From Hydrogenophilales bacterium (GTDB lineage Bacteria; Pseudomonadota; Gammaproteobacteria; Burkholderiales; Thiobacillaceae): 64,000 nt of DNA. A model generated the notes under the pieces. That model searched no databases. It had not been told where the DNA came from and saw only the letters and a list, made by a program, of their open reading frames with translations. The translations under genes were made by a program, and so were the position numbers. Of the stretch, positions 1 through 10,162 are shown in pieces. Position 1 is the first letter of the stretch, and the number at the start of each line of letters is the position of its first letter. The DNA lies in NCBI GenBank assembly GCA_041639515.1, contig JBEQCD010000001.1:27347-91346 (forward strand), written 5' to 3'.

Positions 1-2
1 TC

Positions 3-368
3 GGCCAGCAGGCCGGCATCGGGCTGGACCGCATCCTCCAGCACCCACAGCCGTTCGATGCGCGACTGGGCCTTGCCCTGGGCGATGCGCGTCTGCCGCA
101 TCAGATAGAGTTGCTGCCGGCAATCGGCATCACACGCACCGCCGCCCAGATGCACCATGACCCATTTGCCCTGCAAGGACTCCAGGTCAAACGGTGTGCC
201 ATCCACCGAGATGCCGGCTGTGTGCGCCAGCGGGGCCACTTTGAGCAGCGTGCCGTAATTGCTGTGTGCCGCCGGGCGCCAGCCGAAGTAGGCAATCCAG
301 GCCGCGATGACCGGCACCACGAACACAGCGATCAACAGGAGAAATTTTCCGCGTGAAGTCAGGGTCAT
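3..368 (-). CDS. Membrane-anchored SCO/thioredoxin-like cytochrome oxidase accessory protein (3' end runs off window)
   Basis: Own translation: MTLTSRGKFLLLIAVFVVPVIAAWIAYFGW...GKWVMV...CDADC...RIERLWVL. N-terminal TM helix and CxxxC motif; ATG overlaps the SURF1 stop (ATGA); typical position after SURF1. Confidence 0.75.
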   Translation of the reverse strand, partial: MTLTSRGKFLLLIAVFVVPVIAAWIAYFGWRPAAHSNYGTLLKVAPLAHTAGISVDGTPFDLESLQGKWVMVHLGGGACDADCRQQLYLMRQTRIAQGKAQSRIERLWVLEDAVQPDAGLLA

Positions 369-1126
369 GTTGTTGTCGTTTCATCGTCGCGCGCCGGCTC
401 CGGGGACGCGCGTCTGAGATTCAGCGCCAGCCACAGGACGACGAGCGTCGTGGCCAGACTGTACCACTGGAATGCATATCCGACATGGGTGGCCACACCG
501 GTGTCGGGGCGCGGCCAGTCACGTATCAGACCGTCCGGCTGTGGACTTGTCTGCAGCAGCAACACGGGCTGGAGCGGCTGGCCGAGCTGCGCGGCATAGC
601 GTTCGAAATCGAGGTTCTGCCACAGCCGGCCCTGCGGCGAGGCATCGCCCAGTTCGACATAGCGGCTGTGCGGCTCGACGGCACGTCCTTCCAGATGGAC
701 CATACCCACCACCGCAGGCGGATGCGGCAGGCGCGAGCGGTCGGGACCTGCCGGCATCCAGCCGCGATTGACGAGGAGCGCACGCGTGCCCCCTTCTATC
801 CTGAGCGGGGTCAGCACGTGGTGTCCCGCCCGGCCCTGATGCACCCGGTTGTCGAGCAGGATGGTATGAGCGTCATCGAACCGGCCCGTCACTTCGATGC
901 GGCGGTCGAGTACGCTCGCCCGATCCACTGCCGCTGCGCCCACATGTACCGGCGGCTCGCGCATCGCCGCATCCACGCGCGCCTGCATCACGCGCTTTTC
1001 CTCGGCCCGCCCGCTCTGCCAGTTGCCCAGCCAGAGCGTCAGCACAAAGAAGAAGAGTGCCGCCAGCGTCGGCCACAGCGTGGGCGCAAATACCCACCGG
1101 CCGACGCGAACCCTCAGCAAGTGCAT
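365..1126 (-). CDS. SURF1 family cytochrome oxidase assembly protein
   Basis: LGNWQ..RAEEK, LLDNR, LLVNRGW and HVGYAFQWY motifs; TM helix at each end; start placed at MHLLR. Confidence 0.93.
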   Translation of the reverse strand: MHLLRVRVGRWVFAPTLWPTLAALFFFVLTLWLGNWQSGRAEEKRVMQARVDAAMREPPVHVGAAAVDRASVLDRRIEVTGRFDDAHTILLDNRVHQGRAGHHVLTPLRIEGGTRALLVNRGWMPAGPDRSRLPHPPAVVGMVHLEGRAVEPHSRYVELGDASPQGRLWQNLDFERYAAQLGQPLQPVLLLQTSPQPDGLIRDWPRPDTGVATHVGYAFQWYSLATTLVVLWLALNLRRASPEPARDDETTTT

Positions 1127-1174
1127 GGCCGGGGCGATCCGGTTAGACTGGGCTTTTGCCGCGAGCATCCTGCC

Positions 1175-1375
1175 ATGCGTATTCTTGCCCTGCTATTCAT
1201 CTTCCTCATTCTGGCCAGTCTGGGCAGTGCGCTCTACTATCTCATCAAGGATAAAGGCCAGAGCGACCGCACCGTCAAGATGCTCACCGTGCGGGTCGTG
1301 CTCTCGCTGTCGCTGTTCATCCTGCTGATGGCAGGCTATTACTTCGGTCTCGTACCTGCGAACGGACTGCGTTGA
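1175..1375 (+). CDS. Twin transmembrane helix small protein (DUF2909/HIG1-like)
   Basis: 66 aa MRILALLFIFLILASLGSALYYLIKDKG...LTVRVVLS; two TM helices; classic inverted position in cox clusters. Confidence 0.88.
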   Translation: MRILALLFIFLILASLGSALYYLIKDKGQSDRTVKMLTVRVVLSLSLFILLMAGYYFGLVPANGLR

Positions 1376-1393
1376 AGACCGACGGCACCGGCA

Positions 1394-1422
1394 ACAAAAA
1401 GCCGCCCGAGGCGGCTTTTTGT
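1394..1422. terminator. Bidirectional intrinsic terminator
   Basis: ACAAAAAGCCGCC-CGA-GGCGGCTTTTTGT perfect hairpin flanked by A/T tracts, between convergent genes. Confidence 0.9.
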
Positions 1423-1438
1423 CGGCCGCCCTGATTTT

Positions 1439-2305
1439 TCAGATCAGCCAGTACACCAGCACGAACAATATCACCCACACCACATCGACGAAGTGCCAGT
1501 ACCAGGACACGGCCTCGAAGGCAAAGTGATGGTCTGCGGTGAAATGTCCGGCAATCGAACGTCCCAGCATCACGATCAGCATGGTGGTGCCAACCAGCAC
1601 ATGAAAACCGTGGAAGCCGGTGAGCATGAAAAAGGTTGCCCCATACACCCCGGCTCCCAGCGTCAGCCCGAGTTCCTGGTAGGCATGGATGTACTCATAG
1701 ACCTGAAGACCCAGGAACACGAGGCCCAGCGCCACTGTGGCTGCCAGCCCCCAGATCAGCTGGCCACGCGCGCCCTTTTTCAATCCCCAGTGCGCCCAGG
1801 TGATGGTCACGCCAGAAGAGAGCAGCAGCAGGGTATTGATCGCAGGAATGCCCCAGGCCCCCATGGGCGTGAACTGGAATCCGTCTGCGGTCAGCCCCGG
1901 CCCGGCCGTTGGCCAAGTTGCCTGGAAGGCCGGCCACAGCTGCTGCATGGTGTCGCCTTCCGCAAGCCAGGGCACGGACAGCACACGGGTGTAGAACAGC
2001 GCGCCAAAGAACGCCGCAAAGAACATCACTTCGGAGAAGATGAACCAGCTCATCGACCAGCGGTAGGAGGTATCCACCTGCTTGTTGAACCGGCCCGCCT
2101 CGCTGTCGCGGATCACCTCCCCGAACCAGCCGAACATCATGTAGAACATGACCGCGAGGCCCGCGAGCAGTATCCAGAGCCCGCCATCGATCTCGCGCAT
2201 CGTCATCGTACCGCCGACCGCCATCAGCAGCAGGGCCACTGACCCCACGATGGGCCAGATCGAAGGCTGCGGCAGATAGTATTTATCGGTTTGTGCCAGG
2301 CTCAT
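1439..2305 (-). CDS. coxC: Cytochrome c oxidase subunit III
   Basis: WFIFSEVMFF, TGFHGFHV and WYWHFVDVVW motifs. Confidence 0.97.
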   Translation of the reverse strand: MSLAQTDKYYLPQPSIWPIVGSVALLLMAVGGTMTMREIDGGLWILLAGLAVMFYMMFGWFGEVIRDSEAGRFNKQVDTSYRWSMSWFIFSEVMFFAAFFGALFYTRVLSVPWLAEGDTMQQLWPAFQATWPTAGPGLTADGFQFTPMGAWGIPAINTLLLLSSGVTITWAHWGLKKGARGQLIWGLAATVALGLVFLGLQVYEYIHAYQELGLTLGAGVYGATFFMLTGFHGFHVLVGTTMLIVMLGRSIAGHFTADHHFAFEAVSWYWHFVDVVWVILFVLVYWLI

Positions 2306-2342
2306 CTCATCCCCTTCCGTCGTTCGTTTTCAGGAACCACTC

Positions 2343-2534
2343 TTACAGGAACCGCATTGCCAGATACACCAGCAGAATCATTGTCGACACGAACACCGCT
2401 GCGCCGATCAGGCCGGCAACGATGACCTGTGCCGGGGTCAGGCTCTGCGCGTCGGCGTCGTAGTCACGCCGCCGGCGCACCCCAAAAAAACTCCAGAACA
2501 CGGCGAGCGCAGCCTTGAGGTTGCCGCCCGCCAT
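2343..2534 (-). CDS. DUF2970 family small membrane protein
   Basis: AVFWSFFGVRRRRDY motif; located between ctaG and coxC. Confidence 0.85.
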   Translation of the reverse strand: MAGGNLKAALAVFWSFFGVRRRRDYDADAQSLTPAQVIVAGLIGAAVFVSTMILLVYLAMRFL

Positions 2535-2537
2535 CAC

Positions 2538-3086
2538 TCATCCCCCCTTCACGACACGCGCCTGCGCACGTGCCTGACTGCCGGTTTCGAAGAAGGTGTA
2601 CGAAAGGGTGACCGTATGCAGGTCATCCTCCAGCGCCGGATCGAGCACGAAGAGCACCGGCATCCTGCGCGTTTCACCTGCGGCCAGGGTCTGAGGGGTG
2701 AAGCAGAAACATTCGATTTTCTTGAATGCCGACGCCGCACGAGCCGGGCCATAACTGGGTACGGCCTGCCCCACGATGGGTGCATCACTGGTGTTGGTGA
2801 CCTGGTATTCAACCTGCACCAGCTGGCCGGGATGCACCTTGATGCTGCGCACTTCCGGGCTGAAACGCCAGGGCAGGGCTTCATTGATGTTGGCGTCGAA
2901 CTCCAGCGTCACCCAGCGGCTGGTGTCGACCTGGGTGTTCTTTGCCAGGCTCTGCTCCGCGCCCTTGTTGATGCCGGTCACTTCGCAAATCTTGTAGTAG
3001 AAGGGCACCAGCGCAAAGCCAAAGCCAAACATCGCCACTGTGGCGACGGTGAGCTTGGCCAGCATCTTGCCATTGCCCGGCTGCAT
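2538..3086 (-). CDS. ctaG: Cytochrome c oxidase assembly protein CtaG/Cox11
   Basis: FGFALVPFYYKICEVTG and KIECFCF copper motif. Confidence 0.96.
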   Translation of the reverse strand: MQPGNGKMLAKLTVATVAMFGFGFALVPFYYKICEVTGINKGAEQSLAKNTQVDTSRWVTLEFDANINEALPWRFSPEVRSIKVHPGQLVQVEYQVTNTSDAPIVGQAVPSYGPARAASAFKKIECFCFTPQTLAAGETRRMPVLFVLDPALEDDLHTVTLSYTFFETGSQARAQARVVKGG

Positions 3087-3088
3087 GG

Positions 3089-3190
3089 TCAGCGCAAGCC
3101 TGACAACACCGTGAACAGGAACAGGCCCAGCGCAAACAGCGCGAGCAGCGTGGCCGTCACGTATTTTCCGCCGCTGCGTTTGTCGCTCAT
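3089..3190 (-). CDS. Cytochrome oxidase small assembly peptide (33 aa)
   Basis: Own translation MSDKRSGGKYVTATLLALFALGLFLFTVLSGLR; single TM; GGAGAG RBS; fills the coxA-ctaG gap. Confidence 0.7.
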   Translation of the reverse strand: MSDKRSGGKYVTATLLALFALGLFLFTVLSGLR

Positions 3191-3216
3191 GCCAGGCTCT
3201 CCCTGAATGCGTGCGT

Positions 3217-4797
3217 TCATTTCACCACCGGAGCGGTTTCAAAGGTGTGATAGGGCGCAGGCGAAGGCACGGTCCATTCCAGTCCTTCCGCGCCCTCCCA
3301 TACCTTGCTGGTGGCTTTTTCGCCGCCCTTGATCGCCTTGAGCACCACCCACAGGAAAATCAGCTGGGAGAAGCCGAAGATGAACGCGCCAACGGTTGCA
3401 ATCTGGTTGAACTCGGTGAATTGCAGTGCGTAGTCCGGAATCCGGCGCGGCATCCCGGCCAAGCCCAGGAAGTGCATCGGGAAAAACACGATGTTCATGC
3501 CGATGACCGACAGCCAGAAGTGCCACTTGCCCAGCGTTTCGTCGTACATGTGCCCCGTCCACTTGGGTAGCCAGTAGTAGATGCCGGCAAAGATCGAGAA
3601 CAACGCACCCGACACCAGCACGTAGTGGAAGTGGGCGACGACGTAATACGTGTCGTGCAGCTGGATGTCGACCGGCGCAATCGCGAGCACGAGGCCGGAG
3701 AAACCGCCGATGGTGAAGAGGCACACAAAGGCGATGGCGAAGAGCATCGGCGTCTCGAAGGTCATCGAGCCCTTCCACATCGTCGCCACCCAGTTGAACA
3801 CTTTCACCCCGGTCGGCACCGCGATCAGCATGGTCGAGAACATGAAGAACAACTGCGCGGCGGCGGGCATCCCGACGGTGAACATGTGGTGCGCCCAGAC
3901 GATGAACGACAGGATCGCAATCGACGCGGTGGCGTAAACCATCGACGCGTAGCCGAACAGCGGCTTGCGTGCAAACGTCGGGATGATCTGCGAGACGATG
4001 CCGAACGCCGGGAGGATGAGGATGTAGACCTCGGGGTGGGCGAAGAACCAGAAAATGTGCTGGAACATCACCGGGTCACCGCCGCCGGCGGCGTTGAAGA
4101 AGTGCGTGCCGAAGTTGCGGTCGGTGAGCAGCATGGTCACCGCACCGGCGAGCACCGGCATGGTGGCGATCAAGAGGTAAGCGGTAATCAGCCACGTCCA
4201 GACGAAGAGCGGCATCTTCATCAGCGTCAAGCCGGGGGCGCGCATGTTGAGGATGGTGGTGATGATGTTGATCGAGCCCATGATCGACGACAGGCCCATT
4301 ATGTGCACAGCCAGAATCGTCAGGTCATACGAGATGCCGCCCTGGATGAAGAGCGGCGGATACATCGTCCAGCCGCCGGCAACGGCACCGCCCGGCAGGA
4401 AGAACGATGCCATGAGCAGCAGACCGGCGACCGGCAAAATCCAGAACGCCCAGTTGTTCATGCGCGGAAACGCCATGTCGGGTGCGCCCAGCATCAGCGG
4501 CACCTGCCAGTTCGCAAAGCCCGAGAACGCCGGCATGATCACGCCGAAGATCATGATCAGGCCATGCATGGTCGTGAGCTGGTTGAAGAAGTCCGGGTGC
4601 GTCAGCTGCATGCCCGGCTGAAAAAGTTCGGCGCGGATCAGCAGCGCCATCGAGCCGGCGGCAAACAGCATGATCAGGGCAAACCACAGATACATCGAAC
4701 CGATGTCCTTATGGTTGGTGGTCGTCAGCCAGCGCATGATCCCGGTTGGGTGTGCGTGATGTCCGTGGTCGTCGTGGGCGTGTGCAGCATCAGACAT
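3217..4797 (-). CDS. ctaD: Cytochrome c oxidase subunit I (type A1 heme-copper oxidase)
   Basis: [33 protein letters not shown] and VVAHFHY motifs. Confidence 0.99.
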   Translation of the reverse strand: MSDAAHAHDDHGHHAHPTGIMRWLTTTNHKDIGSMYLWFALIMLFAAGSMALLIRAELFQPGMQLTHPDFFNQLTTMHGLIMIFGVIMPAFSGFANWQVPLMLGAPDMAFPRMNNWAFWILPVAGLLLMASFFLPGGAVAGGWTMYPPLFIQGGISYDLTILAVHIMGLSSIMGSINIITTILNMRAPGLTLMKMPLFVWTWLITAYLLIATMPVLAGAVTMLLTDRNFGTHFFNAAGGGDPVMFQHIFWFFAHPEVYILILPAFGIVSQIIPTFARKPLFGYASMVYATASIAILSFIVWAHHMFTVGMPAAAQLFFMFSTMLIAVPTGVKVFNWVATMWKGSMTFETPMLFAIAFVCLFTIGGFSGLVLAIAPVDIQLHDTYYVVAHFHYVLVSGALFSIFAGIYYWLPKWTGHMYDETLGKWHFWLSVIGMNIVFFPMHFLGLAGMPRRIPDYALQFTEFNQIATVGAFIFGFSQLIFLWVVLKAIKGGEKATSKVWEGAEGLEWTVPSPAPYHTFETAPVVK

Positions 4798-4820
4798 GTC
4801 GGTGCTCTCCTCTCGGTGAT

Positions 4821-5969
4821 TTATTGTGCGGCCGGGGCTGCGGCTTCACTGCCGCCACGTGCGGCGGCAATCTGCGCCGGCTGGGCGGCGTCGCCCACCT
4901 TGTTATCCCAGGCATTGCGCTGATAGGTGACCACGGCGGCGATATCCGCATCGGACAACTGCCCGCCGAAGGCCGACATGGCGGTACCCGGCTTGCCGTT
5001 CAGGACGATGTCGATATGCGCATCGATGGGCCCGGTGGCCACCTTGGACCCGCTGATCGCCGGGAAGGCACCCGGCAGGCCCATGCCGTTGGCCTGGTGG
5101 CAGGCCGCACAATTTGCCTCGTAGACCTTCTGGCCGCGCGTGACCAGCTCAGCCGTATCGAAGGTGCGGGTGTTGTCAGCGGCGGCCACGTCGGCTGCGC
5201 CTTTCTTTTTGGCCACCCACTTCGCATAGTCTTCTTCCGACACCACCTCGACGACGATGGGCATGAAGCCGTGATCCTTGCCACACAGTTCCACGCACTG
5301 CCCACGGTAGGTGCCGATCTTGTCGGCCTTGAACCATGAATCCCGGATGAATCCCGGAATCGCATCCTGCTTGGCCCCCAGTGCAGGCACCCACCAGGCG
5401 TGCAGCACGTCGTTTGCCGTGATGAGCAGACGCACCCGCTTGCCCACCGGCACCACCATCGGCTCGTCGACTTCCAGCAGGTAATGCTCGCCCTTCGTTG
5501 CGGTATTTTCGATCTGCTCGCGCGGGGTAGACAGGTTGCTGTAGAAGCTCACACCCTCGTTGAGGTAGTCGTAACCCCATTTCCACTGGTAGCCGGTGAT
5601 CTTCACGGTGAGATCGGGGTTGCTGGTGTCCTTCATGTCGATGACCACCTTGGCTGCCGGGTAGGCCATGCCCATCAGGATCACGAAGGGAATCACCGTC
5701 CAGATCACTTCCACCGTGGTGTTTTCGTGGAAATGGGCCGCCTTGTGCCCAACAGATTTGCGGTGCTTGATCAGGGAATAGAACATCGCCCCGAACACCA
5801 CCACGAAGATGCCCAGGCACACCAGCATGATCCAGTTGTGCAGCTGGAACACGTCACGCGCGATCTGGCTGGCAGGCTCCTGCAGGTTGTATGCGTAGTC
5901 GGCCGTTGCGGCCCCGCTTGCCGACAGCAATGCTGCCCATGCCGCCAGTCTGGTCCCGGTCTTCTTCAT
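4821..5969 (-). CDS. coxB: Cytochrome c oxidase subunit II with C-terminal cytochrome c domain
   Basis: Signal peptide; DVLHAW; CuA motif [12 protein letters not shown]; heme c motif CAACH. Confidence 0.98.
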   Translation of the reverse strand: MKKTGTRLAAWAALLSASGAATADYAYNLQEPASQIARDVFQLHNWIMLVCLGIFVVVFGAMFYSLIKHRKSVGHKAAHFHENTTVEVIWTVIPFVILMGMAYPAAKVVIDMKDTSNPDLTVKITGYQWKWGYDYLNEGVSFYSNLSTPREQIENTATKGEHYLLEVDEPMVVPVGKRVRLLITANDVLHAWWVPALGAKQDAIPGFIRDSWFKADKIGTYRGQCVELCGKDHGFMPIVVEVVSEEDYAKWVAKKKGAADVAAADNTRTFDTAELVTRGQKVYEANCAACHQANGMGLPGAFPAISGSKVATGPIDAHIDIVLNGKPGTAMSAFGGQLSDADIAAVVTYQRNAWDNKVGDAAQPAQIAAARGGSEAAAPAAQ

Positions 5970-6064
5970 CGCGCCCCCGTCCTCTCTTGTCTGGTTGTTC
6001 GATTCATTCGGCTAGGTCGATCAGACCATCCCGATCAACTATCCGTTGCGGTCTTGGTGCCGCT

Positions 6065-6550
6065 TCAGACTTGCAGTTTGCTGCGGAGCGTGACGGCCAG
6101 CTGCTGCCGGGCGTCATCACTCAAGAACTGACCTACTTCAGTATCACGCCCGTGCGATCGCACGTGGAGCCTGCAGCTCCGGCCCGGCGCGGCACAGTCG
6201 AACTCGACCCGCATCCACTGCCGATTCATCTCACGCCTGCCGCACTGCCTGGCATGACGCCATTCCAGCACCACCGCGTCGCCGTCGATGGTCAATGTCT
6301 CGTAGTCCTGCTCCCGTTCGCGCAGGGTATCGAACGCCCATGCCAGGATGCCGATTTCCAAGCCGGCAAACGGGAGAATCGGCCAGAAACCCAGAGCAGC
6401 GAATGCCATCGCCACCCCAAAGCTCACAGCCGCCAGCGTACAGAACGCCATGCGGGCCTGCGTGCGTGTCAGCGAACTTCGCGGACTCGAATGAAACACG
6501 AATGCTCCGGCGGGCTCGCGTGCTGCGCCTTCCATGTCAACTCGTTCCAT
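6065..6550 (-). CDS. DUF2244 family membrane protein
   Basis: SSLT..., GFWPILPFAGLE and EVGQFLS motifs; usual position upstream of coxB; start uncertain (6550 or 6535). Confidence 0.85.
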   Translation of the reverse strand: MERVDMEGAAREPAGAFVFHSSPRSSLTRTQARMAFCTLAAVSFGVAMAFAALGFWPILPFAGLEIGILAWAFDTLREREQDYETLTIDGDAVVLEWRHARQCGRREMNRQWMRVEFDCAAPGRSCRLHVRSHGRDTEVGQFLSDDARQQLAVTLRSKLQV

Positions 6551-6625
6551 ATCGGGTAGTAGACGGTGCGGCAATCTGTCGCAGACAGTATCCCGCTGCC
6601 GCCCGGACAACACAAGCAGTACGGA

Positions 6626-6665
6626 TGTATTAACTTATTGATTTAGTTATTAAATATCGTTATTT
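6626..6665 (-). promoter_or_regulatory. AT-rich probable promoter region of the cox operon
   Basis: Strongly AT-rich patch (TAACTTATTGATTTAGTTATTAAATAT) in GC-rich DNA, upstream of DUF2244-coxB. Confidence 0.4.
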
Positions 6666-7343
6666 CTGACTATTCTGAGATGCTAATCCAGATGGCAGGA
6701 TCAATGTACTCTCAGATCGGGCATCAAGCGTATGCGGCTCCACACCCAGACAGGGTCCGGGCATGCGGCTATGCAGACTGGCCAGGTTTTCTGCCGTGTT
6801 CGACATATGCGGGTCGATGCAATTGGCCACCCAGCCGGCCCAGCGCAGGCCGCGGCTGCGTATGGCATCGGCCGTCAGCACCGCATGGTTGAGGCAGCCC
6901 AGCCGCATGCCGACCACCATCACCACGTCGCCGCCCAGGCGCGCGGCAAGATCGGCCATGTCAGCAGTATCTGACAATGGCACCCGCCACCCGCCCGCCC
7001 CTTCCACCACCACCACATCCGCACACGCCGCCAGCCGGGCGTGCGCCGCCGCGAGGGTGTCGATGTCGATGGCAATGCCCGCCTGCTGCGCGGCAATGTG
7101 CGGGGCAATCGCCGCATCGAACGCGTAGGGGTTAATGTCGGCCAGCGGGGCCTCAACATTGCTGGCTGCCCGTAACGCAACTACGTCCTCATTCAGCTGT
7201 CCGGGGTCGGCACCGGCCGCCACGGGCTTCATGCCCACCGTACGTACACCCCGGGCTACCAGCATCCGGATGAATGCCGCTGCAATGCGCGTCTTGCCCA
7301 CGCCAGTATCGGTGCCGGTGACGAACAGCGTGCGCGCCGTCAT
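6660..7343 (-). CDS. bioD: Dethiobiotin synthase
   Basis: FVTGTDTGVGKT, MKPVAAG, VEGAGG and GCLNH motifs; ATG overlaps the bioC stop. Confidence 0.97.
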   Translation of the reverse strand: MTARTLFVTGTDTGVGKTRIAAAFIRMLVARGVRTVGMKPVAAGADPGQLNEDVVALRAASNVEAPLADINPYAFDAAIAPHIAAQQAGIAIDIDTLAAAHARLAACADVVVVEGAGGWRVPLSDTADMADLAARLGGDVVMVVGMRLGCLNHAVLTADAIRSRGLRWAGWVANCIDPHMSNTAENLASLHSRMPGPCLGVEPHTLDARSESTLILPSGLASQNSQK

Positions 7344-8263
7344 GGCCTGACCAGTCCCGCACGGCGGGCACCTATCTTCATCTGGATCACCTGTCGGCCG
7401 TCTTCGCGGGTGAGTTTGTCCCCCGCCCAAGCATGGCCGTAGATCACCTCGAAGGTGGCAGGCAGGCGACCTGCGCTGCGGTGGGTCTCGTAGGCTGCTT
7501 CCAGCCGCTGCCACGCGGCCTTGCCAAGCAGGCCACGACGGCGGTCGGCCGCCGTGTTGTGCGCCCCCATGCCCTTGAGGTCACGCATCAGGGCCTTGAG
7601 GTCGGCATAGGTGAGCGTGAGCATTTCCATTTCCATCACCGGATGGGCAAAGCCGGCGTGAACCAGCATGTCGCCGATGTCGTGCAGATCGGTGAACCGG
7701 TTGACGTGTGGCGACGCATCGATGCCGGCAAAGGCTGCCCGCAGTTCCTTCAGCGTATCCGGCCCGAAGGTGGCGAACATGAACAGCCCGCCCGGCGCCA
7801 ATACGCGGTGGATGCCCTTGAGCGTGGTTTCCAGGTCCTGCGCCCATTGCAGCGCCAGGCTGGACCAGACCATCTGCACGCTGTTGACGGCCAGCGGCAA
7901 GGCCGCCATGTCCGCACACACATAGTCCACCGCCGGCATCCCGCGCGCTGCCGGCCACAGTGTGCGCGCACGGTCGAGCCAGCCCGGGCGCGGCAAACGT
8001 TCGCGCGCCACGGCCAGCATGGCCGGCGCAATGTCGAGCGCCAGCAGTACCGCAGCGGAATAGCGCTGGCGCAAGCGTTCCAGGCCGTAGCCGGTGCCGG
8101 CACCCAGATCCAGCACGGCAGCCGGGTTGAGGCTGACGAAATCGAGTCGCGCCAGCAGGCGGTCGCAGACCTCGCGCTGAAGCACGGCGTGGGCGTCATA
8201 GCCCGCCGCCGCCTGATTGAATGCCTGCCGCACGGCGGCGAGATCCAGCGGGTCTTCACGCAT
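7340..8263 (-). CDS. bioC: Malonyl-ACP O-methyltransferase
   Basis: YDAHAVLQREV, LDLGAGTG, SSLALQW and TFGPDTLKELR motifs. Confidence 0.96.
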   Translation of the reverse strand: MREDPLDLAAVRQAFNQAAAGYDAHAVLQREVCDRLLARLDFVSLNPAAVLDLGAGTGYGLERLRQRYSAAVLLALDIAPAMLAVARERLPRPGWLDRARTLWPAARGMPAVDYVCADMAALPLAVNSVQMVWSSLALQWAQDLETTLKGIHRVLAPGGLFMFATFGPDTLKELRAAFAGIDASPHVNRFTDLHDIGDMLVHAGFAHPVMEMEMLTLTYADLKALMRDLKGMGAHNTAADRRRGLLGKAAWQRLEAAYETHRSAGRLPATFEVIYGHAWAGDKLTREDGRQVIQMKIGARRAGLVRP

Positions 8264-9002
8264 GACAGAACGCTCGCACAGCATCGATCACGGGCCCGGC
8301 ATGCGACAGGTGGGGGGCATGGCCGGCGCGCGGCAGGTCGAGCAGATGGGCTGCCGGCAGCCGGGCGGCCAGATGCGCCCCGGCGGCAGCCGCCGACAGA
8401 GTATCGAGCCCGCCCTGCACGACCAGTACGGGTTGCTGTACCCGCACCAGATCGGCACGCAGGTCGGTTTCGCGCAGCAGCACGAGTCCGGCGTCGAGCG
8501 ACGTCGCAGTGGGTGCCGGGGTGCTCGCGAGCGCGGCACGCAGCGATTGCAGCAGCGCTTTCTGGCCTTCGACACCGCGCGTCTGCAAGCTCAGGAAACG
8601 CAGCAGCGTCGCCCCGGGGTCGGCGCGCAAGGCTGCCGCAAAGCCATCGAGTTCCGCCGCGCCCATGCCATGGGGCCAGTCCGGTCCGGCGACGAATCGC
8701 GGCGTGGACGCGAGTAGCACCAGACGTGCAATGGTCTGCGGGTGATCCAGCGCGGCACGCAGGGCAACCTGCCCGCCCAGCGACCAGCCCAGCACGGTCG
8801 CGCCAGCAGGCAGTTGCCCGACCAGGTCACCGGCCCAGCCGGCCAGCGAATTGTCGGCCAGATCAGCACGGCCGCCATGTCCGGGCAGATGGAAGGCCTG
8901 CACCTCGCAGCTGTCGGACAGCGCGTCGACCAGCGTGTCGAAGACACGGGCGTTCATGCCCCAGCCGTGCAGGAGACCGAGAAATGGCTTAGGCGAGTTC
9001 AT
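8256..9002 (-). CDS. bioH: Pimeloyl-ACP methyl ester carboxylesterase
   Basis: LHGWG, GWSLGG nucleophile elbow and GHAP; within the bio operon. Confidence 0.94.
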   Translation of the reverse strand: MNSPKPFLGLLHGWGMNARVFDTLVDALSDSCEVQAFHLPGHGGRADLADNSLAGWAGDLVGQLPAGATVLGWSLGGQVALRAALDHPQTIARLVLLASTPRFVAGPDWPHGMGAAELDGFAAALRADPGATLLRFLSLQTRGVEGQKALLQSLRAALASTPAPTATSLDAGLVLLRETDLRADLVRVQQPVLVVQGGLDTLSAAAAGAHLAARLPAAHLLDLPRAGHAPHLSHAGPVIDAVRAFCHA

Positions 9003-10149
9003 GCAGCGCCTCGACCAGCTGCGTCACGTCGGCGTCGCTGTGCGCCGCCGACAGCGTGATGCGCAGACGCGCCGTGCCCACCGGCACCGTGGGCGTACGG
9101 ATCGCCGGCACCAGCAGGCCGCGCGCCAGCAGCGCCCGCGACAGGCGCACGGCGTCGGCGTTCTCGCCGACCACCCAGGGCTGGATCGGCGTGGCGGACG
9201 GCAGCAGATGCCCGCCCGGCAAATCCGACAACCCGGCGTGCAGGCGTGTGACGTGGGCGGCTAGCCGCGTCCGCCGCGCGCCGCCCGTTTCGATCTGGCG
9301 CAGGCTTTCGATCAGGCAGGCCGCCAGCACCGGCGGCGACGCCGTGGTGTAGACGTAGGGCCGCGCGGTGTTCACCAGCCAGTCGATGACCACGGGATGC
9401 GCGGCCACCGCCGCGCCGGCCACGCCGGCCGCCTTGCCCAGCGTGGCAAGGTAGATCACGCGGTCACTGGCGCGGGCACGCGGGGTCAGGCCACCGCGCC
9501 CGTCGTTCAGCACACCGAAGCCGTGGGCGTCGTCGAGATAAAGCCAGGCATCGTAACGCTCGGCCAGATCGAGCAGCGCATCGACCGGCGCGCTGTCGCC
9601 GTCCATGCTGAACACCAGGTCGGAGACGATGAGTTTGTCGGCGGCCCGGCTCTGCGCGAGCCGGCCTTCGAGTTGCGCCAGGTCGAGGTGGCGATAGCGC
9701 GTGAGGGTCGCGCCCGACAGCTGCGCCGCGTCGACCAGCGACGCATGGTTGAGCCGGTCGGCAAAGATTTCGCTGTGCCGTCTGACCAGCGCCGACACCA
9801 CCCCCAGATTGGCCAGGTAGCCAGTGGAGAACAGCAGCGCCGCCGGCTTGCCGACAAAGCGTGCGAACGCCGCCTCGAAATCGTGGTGATGACGGTGGTG
9901 CCCGGTGATGAGATGCGCCGCGCCTGCGCCCAGGCCGCAGTCGTCCAGCGCCCGGTGGGCCGCCGAGATGAGCGCGGGGTCGGCGGCCAGCCCGAGATAG
10001 TCGTTGCTGCAGAATGAAACAACTGGCTGTCCGTTGACCCGGATGTGCGCGCCTTGCGCGCTGTCCAGCACCGAGCGCCGGCGCGCCAGCTGGTCGGCGC
10101 GGCGCGAAGCCAGCCCGAGTTCCAACCGGGTGAGCGCGGCAAAACTCAC
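8989..10149 (-). CDS. bioF: 8-amino-7-oxononanoate synthase
   Basis: FCSNDYLGL, NHASL, FSMDGD, DDAHG and TLGKA (PLP lysine) motifs. Confidence 0.97.
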   Translation of the reverse strand: MSFAALTRLELGLASRRADQLARRRSVLDSAQGAHIRVNGQPVVSFCSNDYLGLAADPALISAAHRALDDCGLGAGAAHLITGHHRHHHDFEAAFARFVGKPAALLFSTGYLANLGVVSALVRRHSEIFADRLNHASLVDAAQLSGATLTRYRHLDLAQLEGRLAQSRAADKLIVSDLVFSMDGDSAPVDALLDLAERYDAWLYLDDAHGFGVLNDGRGGLTPRARASDRVIYLATLGKAAGVAGAAVAAHPVVIDWLVNTARPYVYTTASPPVLAACLIESLRQIETGGARRTRLAAHVTRLHAGLSDLPGGHLLPSATPIQPWVVGENADAVRLSRALLARGLLVPAIRTPTVPVGTARLRITLSAAHSDADVTQLVEALHELA

Positions 10150-10162
10150 AACTCGAACCAGT

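Noticed and set aside
6636-6655. FNR box upstream of the cox operon
   Set aside because: Only a TTGAT half-site; the other half does not match ATCAA at N4 spacing.
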